A stretch of DNA of 64,000 bases from Candidatus Brocadiia bacterium (GCA_052139675.1 JBKQWE010000085.1:1-64000); one strand, 5' to 3'. Positions 8,436 through 17,649 are shown, numbered from the stretch's first letter. Numbers and translations: made by a program. Notes: generated from the letters alone by a model not told the origin.

Positions 8436-9941
8436 ATGGGAGCTTGGAACAAGGCAGGCTCTGTCGGCATGGCCTTGGGCGTGGCGCTGTTCGTGGCGTT
8501 CGGCTTGATCGCGCTCGTCGCGGCGCGCCCAGGCGGAAGCGACCTGAAGGCTGGGCCGATAGATCCGGCTGTGGCGGCGCCGGCGGAGCAGTTGGGCAAG
8601 GCGTTCGCCATGGTGGCCGCGCACGTCCGGCCGGCGGTCGTCAGCGTGTTCTCCGAGAAAACGGTGAAGTTCCAGGCGCCCGACTTCGGGATGCCTTTCG
8701 GCAACGATTTCTTCCGGCAGTTCTTCGGCCGGCAGTTCCCGCAGAACCAGCCGCAGCCGATGCCGCGCGAGTACAGCGTGCCGCAGCAAGGGATGGGCTC
8801 GGGCATGATTATTGACAAGCAGGGGCACGTCCTGACGAACTACCACGTGGTGAGCGACGTGGACGAGATCAAGGTCCAACTGGCGGACAAGACCACCTTC
8901 GAGGCGGAGATCGTCAGCAGCGACCCTCAGACCGACGTGGCCGTGATTCGGATGAAAGGGAGCGTGCCGGACGATTTGCCGGCGGTGGAATTCGGCGATT
9001 CGGACGCCATGGAGGTGGGCGACCTGGTCATGGCGATCGGGGCGCCGTTCGGCTTCCAGCAGACGGTGACCACCGGCATCATCAGCGCCAAGGGGCGCTC
9101 GGGCGTCGGGATCAACACCTACGAGGACTTCCTCCAGACCGACGCGGCGATCAATCCGGGCAACTCCGGCGGGCCGCTGGTGAACATGCGGGGCCAGGTC
9201 ATCGGCATGAACAGCGCCATCGCCACCCATATCGGGCAGTTCGCCGGAGTCGGCTTCGCCATCCCGATCAACCTGATCAAGGGCGTCCTGCCGACGCTCG
9301 TGAAAGGCGGCAAGGTCACTCACGGCATGCTCGGCGTCAAGATCCAGGAGGTCACGCCCGAGCTGGCCAAACTGTTCGGCCTGACCGAAGCCAAGGGTGC
9401 GCTCGTGGCGCAGGTCGTCGCGGATTCGGCCGCCGACAAGGGCGGCATCAAGGCCGGCGACGTGATTGTGCGGTACGACGGCAAGGACGTGGAGAGTCCG
9501 GCGCACCTGCGCAACATGGTCGCCGCCACCGCGCCGGACACCGAGGTGAAGGTCGGCATCATCCGAGGAGGCAAGCAGGAGACGCTGACGCTGCGCGTCG
9601 GCACGCTGACTCCGCAGATGATGGCCGAGGCCGCGCCCTCCGAGGAAGGCGGCGTCCTGAGCAAGCTGGGGATGAGCGTCCAGACGCTGACTCCCGACCT
9701 GGCGAAGCAGTTCGGCATCCGCGCCGCTCAAGGCGCCGTCATCACCGACGTGGAGGAGGGCGGCGCCGCGTCGCTCGCGGGCCTGCAGGCGGGCGACCTG
9801 ATCGTCGAGGCCGACCGCCGGAAGGTGGCCAGCGCCGGCGACCTGCAGGAAGCGCTCGACAGCGCGAAGGACAAGGACACGGTGCTGCTGCTCGTCAAGC
9901 GGAAAAGCTCGAGCCTGTTTGTGGCGCTGAAGACGAAGTGA
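8436..9941 (+). CDS. degP: Do/DegP/HtrA periplasmic serine protease with two PDZ domains
   Basis: Signal anchor, then trypsin-like catalytic motifs (TNYHVV, DVAVIRM, GNSGGPLVN), then two PDZ-like segments. GGAAGGAG RBS 6 nt upstream of ATG 8436. Confidence 0.9.
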   Translation: MGAWNKAGSVGMALGVALFVAFGLIALVAARPGGSDLKAGPIDPAVAAPAEQLGKAFAMVAAHVRPAVVSVFSEKTVKFQAPDFGMPFGNDFFRQFFGRQFPQNQPQPMPREYSVPQQGMGSGMIIDKQGHVLTNYHVVSDVDEIKVQLADKTTFEAEIVSSDPQTDVAVIRMKGSVPDDLPAVEFGDSDAMEVGDLVMAIGAPFGFQQTVTTGIISAKGRSGVGINTYEDFLQTDAAINPGNSGGPLVNMRGQVIGMNSAIATHIGQFAGVGFAIPINLIKGVLPTLVKGGKVTHGMLGVKIQEVTPELAKLFGLTEAKGALVAQVVADSAADKGGIKAGDVIVRYDGKDVESPAHLRNMVAATAPDTEVKVGIIRGGKQETLTLRVGTLTPQMMAEAAPSEEGGVLSKLGMSVQTLTPDLAKQFGIRAAQGAVITDVEEGGAASLAGLQAGDLIVEADRRKVASAGDLQEALDSAKDKDTVLLLVKRKSSSLFVALKTK

Positions 9942-9989
9942 CCGTGCGCCGGCCGAATGACGAGCCGGCGCGAGAAAGGAGAACGGACC

Positions 9990-10253
9990 ATGGCAGGAAC
10001 GAAAATCGTGGAGTTTATGCTGGAGTTGCCGACCGCCGCCGCAGTCAGCGTGGCGGGAACGTTCAACAACTGGGATGTCCGCCGGAACCCGATGCGCAAA
10101 GGCAGAGACGGAATCTGGCGGGGCCGGGTCTCTGTGCCGCCGGGCCGTCACGAGTATCGTTTCGTCGCGGACGGGGTGTGGATCAGCGACCCGAAGGCCG
10201 CAGAGTCAGTCCCCAATCCGCACGGCAGCAGGAACTCTGTCCTGAAGGCCTGA
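9990..10253 (+). CDS. Small CBM48 / AMPK-beta-type glycogen-binding-domain protein
   Basis: FMLELPTAAAVSVAGTFNNWD...GRHEYRFVADGVWISDP is the isoamylase-N / AMPK-beta carbohydrate-binding fold signature. AAAGGAG RBS upstream. Confidence 0.6.
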   Translation: MAGTKIVEFMLELPTAAAVSVAGTFNNWDVRRNPMRKGRDGIWRGRVSVPPGRHEYRFVADGVWISDPKAAESVPNPHGSRNSVLKA

Positions 10254-10254
10254 C

Positions 10255-10770
10255 ATGGCGGGCGATTCCCTTTTTCGCAAGATGATGCGGACGGACGCGC
10301 CGGCGGCCGTCATCGTGATCCGTTTTCTGGCCGGCGGCGTGTTCCTGATCGAGGGAGCGAAGAAGTTCCTCTTCGTCGCCCAATGGGGCGCCGGGCGGTT
10401 CGCCCGGATCGGCATCCCGGGGCCGGAGTTCACCGGGCCGTTCGTGGGCACCGTCGAGATCGTCTGCGGCGCGCTGCTCCTGCTGGGCCTGCTGACGCGG
10501 CTGGGCGCGGTCGTGCTGCTCATCAACATCTCCGTGGCCATCGCCACCACGAAGATTCCCATCCTCATCAAGAGCGGATTCTTCGCGATGGAGGACCCGG
10601 CCCGGACGGATTACTCCATGCTCATGAGCCTGGTTTTCCTGGCGGCGGTGGGGGCCGGAAAATGGTCGCTCGATTCCGTGCTCTGGGGCGGGCCGCCGCG
10701 CACCACGCCGAGGACGGCATCCTCATCCCCTGTCACTTCGCCCGGCGCCGATAATGGGCGGCGACTTTAG
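10255..10770 (+). CDS. DoxX family membrane protein
   Basis: Four predicted TM helices and DoxX-like motifs (FLAGGVFLIEGAKKF..., VEIVCGALLLLGLLTRLGA). Confidence 0.65.
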   Translation: MAGDSLFRKMMRTDAPAAVIVIRFLAGGVFLIEGAKKFLFVAQWGAGRFARIGIPGPEFTGPFVGTVEIVCGALLLLGLLTRLGAVVLLINISVAIATTKIPILIKSGFFAMEDPARTDYSMLMSLVFLAAVGAGKWSLDSVLWGGPPRTTPRTASSSPVTSPGADNGRRL

Positions 10771-11980
10771 CCGCGGCGCGGACCAGGTCGCGCATGTCGC
10801 GCACGGTGAAGAAGTCGTTCATCCATAGCTGGATCGTCCGCCGCTTGACCTCCATCGCGCCGGGATAGTGGGCGACGTCGTAATCGGGCCGTCCGCCTTT
10901 GTAAAGCGGGCAGGCGTCCGCGCAGGCGTGCGGGCTGAGCAGGTGGTCCCGGAAGATCGGCCAGTCCATGACATTCGACTGGAAGGCCCCGACTCCAATC
11001 CCTTCCGCCCGCATGGCGGCAGCGAATTCCGTGTTGGTGCAGTGAAGTTTCTCCGGCGCGATGTGGAAGAGGTAGTACCAGTACGTGGCGTAGTCGCCCT
11101 TGCGCACGGGGCGCGGGGTGATGCCGTCAATCCGCGCCAGCGAGCGATCCAGGTAGCGGCCCAGCCGGTTCCGAGTGGAGCAGACGCGTCGGACTCTCTT
11201 GAGCTGCTCCAGGCAAACCGCCGCCACCAGGGTATTGAGCCGGTAGTTGTACGGCGCGAAGAAAGGCTGAACGCCACGGCCTTCGCGGTCGTAGCACTTG
11301 TCGGCGAAAAGGTCCGCGCGGCGCGCCAGGCCCTGACGGTTCGTGAGCATGATCCCGCCGTCGCCGGCGCCGATGTGCTTGCTCTCGTTCAGGCTCCAGC
11401 AGCCGATGTCGCCGAAGGTGCCGGCGTAGCGCCGCCCCTGCCTGCAGAGGTAGCTCTGCGCCATGTCCTCCACCACGGCAATTCCGCGGCGATGCGCCAG
11501 GCGGACAATGCCCCGGCTGTCCGCCGGGAGGCCCGCCAGGTGCACCAGCATGATGGCCTTGGTCCGCGGCGTAATCTTCCGCGCCACGGTCTCCGGCGTG
11601 ACCTCGACGGTCAGCGGGTCCACGTCGGCGAAGATCGGGACGGCATTCTGCGCCAGGATGGGGATCAGAGTGCCCATGTCGGTGATCGGGCTGGTGATGA
11701 CCTCGTCGCCGCGGCCGATGCCCAGCGCCCCGATCGCCGTGTGAAGCGCGGCCGTGCCGCTGGAGGCGGTGACCGCGTATTTCATTCCGAAGAGCTTCTT
11801 GAACTGCTCGCGCAAGGCCATCACCTCGGGCCCGCGGGTCATTTGAATGGCGCCGCGCTCGAAGATCGGCTTGATGGCCCGCCATTCCGCCAGGCTGTGC
11901 TTCGGGCCGGTGGAAAAAGGAGCGACCCGCACCGGCGGCCCGCCTTCGATGGCCAGCTTCGCAGGAGTCTTTCGATTCAT
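10733..11980 (-). CDS. DegT/DnrJ/EryC1/StrS family PLP-dependent sugar aminotransferase
   Basis: Family motifs TSSGTAALHTAIGALGIG, DVDPLT, SLNESKHIGAGDGGIMLTN. Start ATG with GGAGGAAGCC RBS. Its 3' end overlaps the DoxX gene 3' end convergently. Confidence 0.85.
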   Translation of the reverse strand: MNRKTPAKLAIEGGPPVRVAPFSTGPKHSLAEWRAIKPIFERGAIQMTRGPEVMALREQFKKLFGMKYAVTASSGTAALHTAIGALGIGRGDEVITSPITDMGTLIPILAQNAVPIFADVDPLTVEVTPETVARKITPRTKAIMLVHLAGLPADSRGIVRLAHRRGIAVVEDMAQSYLCRQGRRYAGTFGDIGCWSLNESKHIGAGDGGIMLTNRQGLARRADLFADKCYDREGRGVQPFFAPYNYRLNTLVAAVCLEQLKRVRRVCSTRNRLGRYLDRSLARIDGITPRPVRKGDYATYWYYLFHIAPEKLHCTNTEFAAAMRAEGIGVGAFQSNVMDWPIFRDHLLSPHACADACPLYKGGRPDYDVAHYPGAMEVKRRTIQLWMNDFFTVRDMRDLVRAAAKVAAHYRRRAK

Positions 11981-12033
11981 GGCTTCCTCCTCTTCTTGAA
12001 CCATTTCACCCATCTCCGACGCGATCGCCGCTC

Positions 12034-13509
12034 CTACTTCGCGGGCGCGTCCTCCATCGCCGCCTCGTCATCGAACCCGGGCACCTTGTAGTTCTTCAGG
12101 CCGCCCAATCGTTTCCACTCGCGGTACATCAGCAACAGGAAGACCAGCGCGGCGCAAAGAAACGGCAGCCGCCAGGCCGGGATCATGCGATAGCAGTAGT
12201 CGGTGCCCCACTTGTCGTCGGGGAACGCCCGGCGCATCACCGTCATGTAAAGGCCCGCCGCCAGGGTAGCCAGGATGCCGCAGGCCGCCTGGACGATGGC
12301 GTTGAACGAACAGAACTGCCCGTACCGGCTCTTGGGCCAGACCAGCATCTGCATCGGCTGCCGCGTGGTATCGTACAATAGTCCCAGCGGCAGTTCCACT
12401 GCGGCCAGCGCAATCAGGATGTGGAACGCGGTCCGCGGCTGGAACTTTCCGAACAGCCAGATGAAATTGAGCGGCACGATCGCCACCAGCCCGATCTTGA
12501 TCCAGACCATGACCCGCATCGGGTGAAAGCGGTCCGCCAGCATTCCCGCCGGGTAGCTCAGGACCATCTGCACGCCGCTCACCGCGGCGGCGATGAGGCC
12601 GATCTGCTCCAGGGTCAGCCCCAGCGAAAGGCTCAGGAACACCGTATAGGTCCCGCATGCCGAAGATACGGACCAGAAAATGTTATGCACGAACATGTAA
12701 ATGTACAGCCGGTGGCTGAGGCACTCTTTCGCGTAGATCCTCAGCTTCGTCCAGAAACCCTCGCCCATCGCCGGAGCGGGCGGGTATTTTCCCTCTTTGA
12801 TCCCCAGGCACATCGTCAGGAAGCCGACGAAATAGACCAGCGCGGCGCACAGGAAAATCAACTTACTGTGCGTCAGCGCGTGCTGGTAGATGAGGCCGTT
12901 CCACAGCATGGCCGCCAGGCTGCTGACGAGCCGGAAGAGGCCGAAAAAGCGCGACATGAACAGGCCGGGCACGACGTCGTTGAAAAAGTAATAATACACG
13001 GTGGTGGCGAACATATTGAGGACCGTGAACATAATCCATAACACCGCCATGGCCAGGATCGCCACCGCGCCGGCGCTCCACCCGGTCATCGGGCCGATGC
13101 GGCCGTGCAGCCACACGCCGATTTCCGTTGAGAACGCCAGCAGCACGAGCGCGCCGCAGATGAACGGGGCAGAGAACAGCATGAATGGAATCCGCCGCCC
13201 GAACCGCCCGCGATAGCGGTCGCTGGCGGTCGAGATCACCGGGTTGAGCATCGTATTGATGATGTTGGGGATCGTCGCCGTGACGACGGGCAGGAGAAAA
13301 TCGGAGATGCCGAGTTGCTTGAGCCGCAGCGGCACGATGCTCGGGGCCACCGACTCCATGAGCTGGAAAACGAAGTCGCCCCACAGCAGCATTAAGAACA
13401 CCCACGCCAGCCCCGCCTTCGTGTACTGCAGCGTGCCCACGCGGAAACGCGCGTTGGTGTCCACGATGGGCGGCATCTCGGGACTGCTCAAGGTCGCGGG
13501 CTCCGTCAT
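12034..13509 (-). CDS. MFS-type transporter (sugar:cation symporter-like)
   Basis: 491 aa with about 12 TM segments throughout. GGAGA RBS. The conserved leader motif (next feature) lies immediately upstream. Confidence 0.65.
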   Translation of the reverse strand: MTEPATLSSPEMPPIVDTNARFRVGTLQYTKAGLAWVFLMLLWGDFVFQLMESVAPSIVPLRLKQLGISDFLLPVVTATIPNIINTMLNPVISTASDRYRGRFGRRIPFMLFSAPFICGALVLLAFSTEIGVWLHGRIGPMTGWSAGAVAILAMAVLWIMFTVLNMFATTVYYYFFNDVVPGLFMSRFFGLFRLVSSLAAMLWNGLIYQHALTHSKLIFLCAALVYFVGFLTMCLGIKEGKYPPAPAMGEGFWTKLRIYAKECLSHRLYIYMFVHNIFWSVSSACGTYTVFLSLSLGLTLEQIGLIAAAVSGVQMVLSYPAGMLADRFHPMRVMVWIKIGLVAIVPLNFIWLFGKFQPRTAFHILIALAAVELPLGLLYDTTRQPMQMLVWPKSRYGQFCSFNAIVQAACGILATLAAGLYMTVMRRAFPDDKWGTDYCYRMIPAWRLPFLCAALVFLLLMYREWKRLGGLKNYKVPGFDDEAAMEDAPAK

Positions 13510-13640
13510 TCTCCGGGCTTCAGCCGGGATTTTCCATTCGACCGTCCCCTGGAGGACAGTCAGCGTTCAAAACGCATGAGACTAAACGGTCGAATTGCCG
13601 ATGTCAAGCCGTATCTCGGCAGTCTGCCGGTGATATATTT
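13510..13640 (-). promoter_or_regulatory. Conserved promoter plus leader/operator motif, copy 1
   Basis: Sense strand reads TTGACA-N17-TAGTCT-CAT, then hairpin/palindrome gaccgtcc..ggacagtc, then AAATCCCGGCTGAA, RBS and ATG. About 80% identical over roughly 100 nt to 63656-63790, which lies upstream of the heparinase-like gene. Confidence 0.5.
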
Positions 13641-13712
13641 GACTGGGACCGGCTCGGCCGTTACAATTGCGGCGTTTGATGCCGGAGCCTGGCGCGTAAC
13701 GCGGCGACTGGA

Positions 13713-14066
13713 TTGAGGAGGCTGCGCAGCATGTCCATCCGACTCATCTGCGTCTGCGGGCGGGGCATGGTTTTGCCCGGCAAATACGCCGGGGAGTACG
13801 TCCAGTGTCCGGACTGCCGGGCGATGCTATGCATCCCCACCCCTGAAGAGGACCTGACGCTCATCCGATGGATCTGCCGGTGCGGCCAGCGTCTCAAGGC
13901 CCGGCCTTGCATAGGCGGGCACAAGGTGAGTTGTCCGAAATGCGCTTCCGAGGTCTCGATCCCCTTCTCGGCTGAACATGCCACGTTCCTCGAAGAGAAC
14001 TTCGTCATGGATGACAAGAGCCGCATTGTCCGGCGGGTTCCGCAACTGTCGCGCGAGGATCCTTAG
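13713..14066 (+). CDS. Small Cys-rich double zinc-ribbon protein
   Basis: Two CxxC...CxxC clusters (CVCG...CPDC, CRCG...CPKC). AGGAGG RBS. Confidence 0.5.
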   Translation: MRRLRSMSIRLICVCGRGMVLPGKYAGEYVQCPDCRAMLCIPTPEEDLTLIRWICRCGQRLKARPCIGGHKVSCPKCASEVSIPFSAEHATFLEENFVMDDKSRIVRRVPQLSREDP

Positions 14067-14068
14067 TG

Positions 14069-14205
14069 CTTCCTTGCGGAAATAGGCGTACTATTTCCGC
14101 AAGGAAGCATGACCGCAATAAGCCGAGTCATTATGTCGAGTTATGCGTTCCGTTGGACCGTGTTTTGTTGCGTAAATTGGTACGCCAATTTACGCAACTA
14201 AACAC
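14069..14205. repeat. About 140-bp double-hairpin intergenic repeat (R2), copy 2
   Basis: Hairpin 1 has a 15-bp perfect stem ttccttgcggaaata/tatttccgcaaggaa. Hairpin 2 has a 14-bp stem gttgcgtaaattgg/ccaatttacgcaac. Lies between convergent gene stops (14066 and 14252). Confidence 0.75.
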
Positions 14206-14251
14206 CGGGCAGGTAACGTCTCACTGTCGGTTTCAGAAGGGCCCGTGGCAG

Positions 14252-14581
14252 TCACTTCCCGTCCTTTTCGTTCACGGCGTTCTCTTTCTCGCCGGCATCT
14301 CCGGCCACGGAACGACGCAAGACCCACCCGATCGCCCGTATAACGAGTATGGCGATCAGCATTCCCAGGCAGAAAGTTAGGAACAGGAACGCGACTTGGT
14401 TTCGCAGATCGGTCCGATATGCTCCGGCGATAACCGCGGCAATGATCCCCGCGACGGGAGAGACAACCAGCGACACACGGCGGAAGCGCACCTTCAGCCG
14501 CGCGTCCTTCTCGGCGCTCATGTATTCACCTCGCGTTGGGAACCTTGTCAAAGAATCCGCTGACCCCCGCACGGGCAGCAT
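14252..14581 (-). CDS. Small hypothetical membrane protein
   Basis: 109 aa with two hydrophobic helices (VSLVVSPVAGIIAAVIAGAY; FLFLTFCLGMLIAILVIRAIGWV). No recognisable domain. Confidence 0.35.
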   Translation of the reverse strand: MLPVRGSADSLTRFPTRGEYMSAEKDARLKVRFRRVSLVVSPVAGIIAAVIAGAYRTDLRNQVAFLFLTFCLGMLIAILVIRAIGWVLRRSVAGDAGEKENAVNEKDGK

Positions 14582-14766
14582 ACACCGAACGAGGACCTAA
14601 CTCAAGTTGCTGCGCGCGGGAATTACCGGGAAATCGCTTGACAAATTAATGTCCCAGCCGGCAAATGCGGACTTGACTCACAGAAAGTAAACGTTACACT
14701 GTTGTCGGCAGCAAGAGGCAGGGCGACGCAGGTGTCGGGCAACTCTTTTCACGGAAAGGGCGGTGC

Positions 14767-15192
14767 ATGGCGAAAATGAAATTGGCGAAAGTGTCTGTGG
14801 GGGACCTCAAGAAGGAAATACTCCGCAGGCACGGAATACTGGCGAAGCTCATCGCTGCGCGGGATGCGCTCGACCGCCGGATCGCCGAGTTAGACGGCCT
14901 GGGCCTTGCGAAGCCGGCGACCGCAGCCCGCAAGAAGCCGGGCAGGAAGCCGGGCAGGAAGAAGGCGGGGCGAAAAGCCATGAAACCGGCCAGAGCCGGC
15001 AGCTTGAGCAGCAGATTGGCGGAGGTCCTCAAGGCCAAAGGCAAGTGCACCGTTGCCGAAGCCGCCGAGGCGGCGCTCGCGGCCGGCTACAAGAGCAAGT
15101 CCAAAGATTTCGCGAACATCGTCAGTATGGCGCTGTCAAAAGACAAACGATTCCGGCGTGTGCGCAGAGGGGTTTACGCCCTCAGAGGCTAG
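14767..15192 (+). CDS. Lys-rich DNA-binding protein: N-terminal coiled coil, AT-hook-like KPGRKPGRKKAGRK, C-terminal HARE-HTH-like winged helix
   Basis: C-terminus (LAEVLKAKGKCTVAEAAEAALAAGYKSKSKDFANIVSMALSKDKRFRRVRRGVYAL) fits the HARE-HTH pattern ending RFxRVxRGxYxL. Basic PGRK repeats resemble AT-hooks and histone H1 tails. Confidence 0.55.
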   Translation: MAKMKLAKVSVGDLKKEILRRHGILAKLIAARDALDRRIAELDGLGLAKPATAARKKPGRKPGRKKAGRKAMKPARAGSLSSRLAEVLKAKGKCTVAEAAEAALAAGYKSKSKDFANIVSMALSKDKRFRRVRRGVYALRG

Positions 15193-15200
15193 TTTCAAAA

Positions 15201-15274
15201 CCTCGTAATCGTAATCGCCGGTTTCCGTATCAACACGACAGCGGCCGAGTACGATTACGATTACGATTACGAGG
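15201..15274. repeat. Hexanucleotide-stem hairpin element, CGTAAT subfamily, copy B
   Basis: Left arm cctcgtaatcgtaatcg, a roughly 34-nt loop, right arm cgattacgattacgattacgagg. The loop shares ggccgagtacgatta with copy C. Sits between convergent genes. Confidence 0.8.
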
Positions 15275-15303
15275 AGCAACAGGGGCGCGCGGCCGGGCGC
15301 CGC

Positions 15304-17607
15304 CTACGACTTTACCTCGCACGTAATATGCACGGTCGCCTTCCCAAGGCCTTGCCTGGGAACGGGAATGAAATCGCCCTCGATGGGCTTTCCCTCAACC
15401 CGGATCCGGGCCTGCTTGCCGCGCCGGACATGGATTTCAAAATTCGTCCCGCGGAACGGGCGGACGAAGCGGATATCGTTCCACATCGAGGGCAGCAGCG
15501 GACGGAGATGGAACCCTTCGAGCGTCCGGCGGAAACCCAGCATCCGGTCCACCACGTTCAGGAAGTTCCAGCCCACCGTGCCGGTGCGCCACGGATCATC
15601 CGAAAAATGGTGCTTCATGCGCAGGGCGCTGGGGCCGACGTAGCCGCTTGTCTGGGCGTAAGGCTCCGACCTTGCTGCGTTGGGAATGATCCGGCTGAGC
15701 GAATCGAAGGCCTTGTCGGCCCGGCCCGCCTCGAAGTCCGCCGCGACCTTGAAGCTGGCGGCGTGACAATAGACGTTGCCGTTGGTGCCGTAGCCCGGCG
15801 GCGTGCCGCTGAGCTGGCCGATTCCGGGATCGAACTTCGTATAAGGCGGCCAGTGATGGACGGGACCGACGGGCGTGTCCACGATCGGTTCGAGCCGCCT
15901 GGCGATCCGGCTGTACGTCGCCGCGTCCGCCACTCCGGAGAGCATCGCCCACGACTGCGGGTTGATGAAGAAGCGCCCCTCGCGGCTGCGGCTCGAGCCG
16001 ATGCGCTTCCCGTCGTCGCTGATGGCGTAGATGAAATGGTCCCCGTCCCAGCCGTGCTTCCAGATCGCCTTCTTCAACTGGTCGAAGCGGCGGGCGCAGG
16101 TCTGCTCGATGTCGCGCTCGCCGCGCCAGGCCGCGAGCTGGCCGGTCAGTTTCAGCACTCGAGCCAGGGCCATGCTCATCCAGATCCCCTCGCCGATCCC
16201 GCGCGAGCCGGCCTTGTCAATCAGGTCGTTCCAGTCGCCATGGTGCAGCAGGCTCAGGCCGTGCCGGCCCCGGTCGTTCCAGAGGAACTCCATCGCCTTG
16301 AGGTTGTGCTGCCAGAGCGAGCCCTTGCCCTTGTCGGAGTACTCGACGACTTCGTCCAGCAGGGAAAGGTCGCCGGTCTCGCGGATCAGCGCGTCGGTCG
16401 CATGGCTGATCCACGACGGCGAGTCCGCGTAGTGCTTGTCGGCGGAGGCGATGTCCATGCTCGGGACGCGGAACGCCCGCGGGCAGAAGCCGTCGCTGCG
16501 CTGATGGCGGAGCGCCTTCTTCAGCATTTCCCATGAGCGCTTGGGATTGATGACGCTCATCCCGGCGGCGTCCTGGCAGGTATCGCGGTACCCTTTGAAG
16601 TAGAAGCGCGCCCAGTCGGACATGAGGTAAAGCTGGTGCTTGAGCCAGACGCTGAAGAGGCGGTTGAAGTCCTGGTCGGGAGTCTCCAGCTTCAGGCCGC
16701 CGAGGCGCTGGACCTTCTCCCGTTTCATGGCCACGAACTCCCGCTCGATCTTCCGCCCGTCCGCGAAGGCGTTCTTCATCCGGCGCGCCTCCGCGACGTC
16801 CATGGCCAGGCCGAGCACGATGTTGATCGTGCGCGAGGCGCCGGGCTTCAGGCGGAAGTTGTGCTGCATCGCGCCGACCAGGCATTCCACGCTGGCGACG
16901 CTGTTGCCCAACTGGCCTTCCACCACGCGCTCCGGGCGCGCCATGCTGCGGTAGCGGCCGAGGAAGTGGTCGCGGCTCGTATCCCAGCGGCTCGGCTTGA
17001 CGTCGGCGTACATGAAGGCGCGGTATTTTTCCTCGACGACCGTGTACGTGGTGTTCTGATAGAAAAGGAATCCTTCCTTCGGCGAATAAGCCGCCCGCAG
17101 TCCGCCGAGGTAGCCGTACGGCATGTTCACGCCGTCGAGCACGATGTCGGCGACGGAGAACAGCGAGAGGTCGCGCGCGCGGCGCGATTCATTGGTGAGG
17201 CGGACCGTCCAGATCTCGCCCGAATAATCCCGCGGGACGAAGAGGCGGAACTCGACGCGGATGCCGTTCTTCAGCGTGCGCAGGATCGAGTAACCCAATC
17301 CGTGGCGGCACTCGAACTCGTCGTGCTCGGTCCAGCAGGGGAAATACCCGGAGCTCCAGAACTCGCCGGTGGTGTTGTCGCGGATATAGAGCCAGCGCGG
17401 GCCCTCGCGCACGTCCTGTTTGCCGAAGAGATTGGTGACGACGCCCTTCTCGCTCTGGTAGAGCGAAAGCCCGTTCATGCTCTGCCCGGCGCAGGCGAGG
17501 TAGGTGGGGTTCCAGAAGAAGTTGAACCAGTCGCGGTTCGGGGTGTGCGGCGTGGTCACGACATATTCCAGACCGTCGTCGCTGAAGTGGCCAAAACTTC
17601 TCATTTT
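15304..17607 (-). CDS. Glycoside phosphorylase/hydrolase of the (alpha/alpha)6-barrel GH94/GH65-like type
   Basis: 768 aa including HHGDWNDLIDKAG, reminiscent of GH94 catalytic region. The track ORF runs to 17703 only because it reads through repeat C (translated ITITSKITIT). MRSFGHFSD is the likely start. Confidence 0.55.
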   Translation of the reverse strand, partial: KMRSFGHFSDDGLEYVVTTPHTPNRDWFNFFWNPTYLACAGQSMNGLSLYQSEKGVVTNLFGKQDVREGPRWLYIRDNTTGEFWSSGYFPCWTEHDEFECRHGLGYSILRTLKNGIRVEFRLFVPRDYSGEIWTVRLTNESRRARDLSLFSVADIVLDGVNMPYGYLGGLRAAYSPKEGFLFYQNTTYTVVEEKYRAFMYADVKPSRWDTSRDHFLGRYRSMARPERVVEGQLGNSVASVECLVGAMQHNFRLKPGASRTINIVLGLAMDVAEARRMKNAFADGRKIEREFVAMKREKVQRLGGLKLETPDQDFNRLFSVWLKHQLYLMSDWARFYFKGYRDTCQDAAGMSVINPKRSWEMLKKALRHQRSDGFCPRAFRVPSMDIASADKHYADSPSWISHATDALIRETGDLSLLDEVVEYSDKGKGSLWQHNLKAMEFLWNDRGRHGLSLLHHGDWNDLIDKAGSRGIGEGIWMSMALARVLKLTGQLAAWRGERDIEQTCARRFDQLKKAIWKHGWDGDHFIYAISDDGKRIGSSRSREGRFFINPQSWAMLSGVADAATYSRIARRLEPIVDTPVGPVHHWPPYTKFDPGIGQLSGTPPGYGTNGNVYCHAASFKVAADFEAGRADKAFDSLSRIIPNAARSEPYAQTSGYVGPSALRMKHHFSDDPWRTGTVGWNFLNVVDRMLGFRRTLEGFHLRPLLPSMWNDIRFVRPFRGTNFEIHVRRGKQARIRVEGKPIEGDFIPVPRQGLGKATVHITCEVKS

Positions 17608-17649
17608 CGCAGAGCCTCCTGGATCCGAATAGTGGAACAGGTTGCGAAA

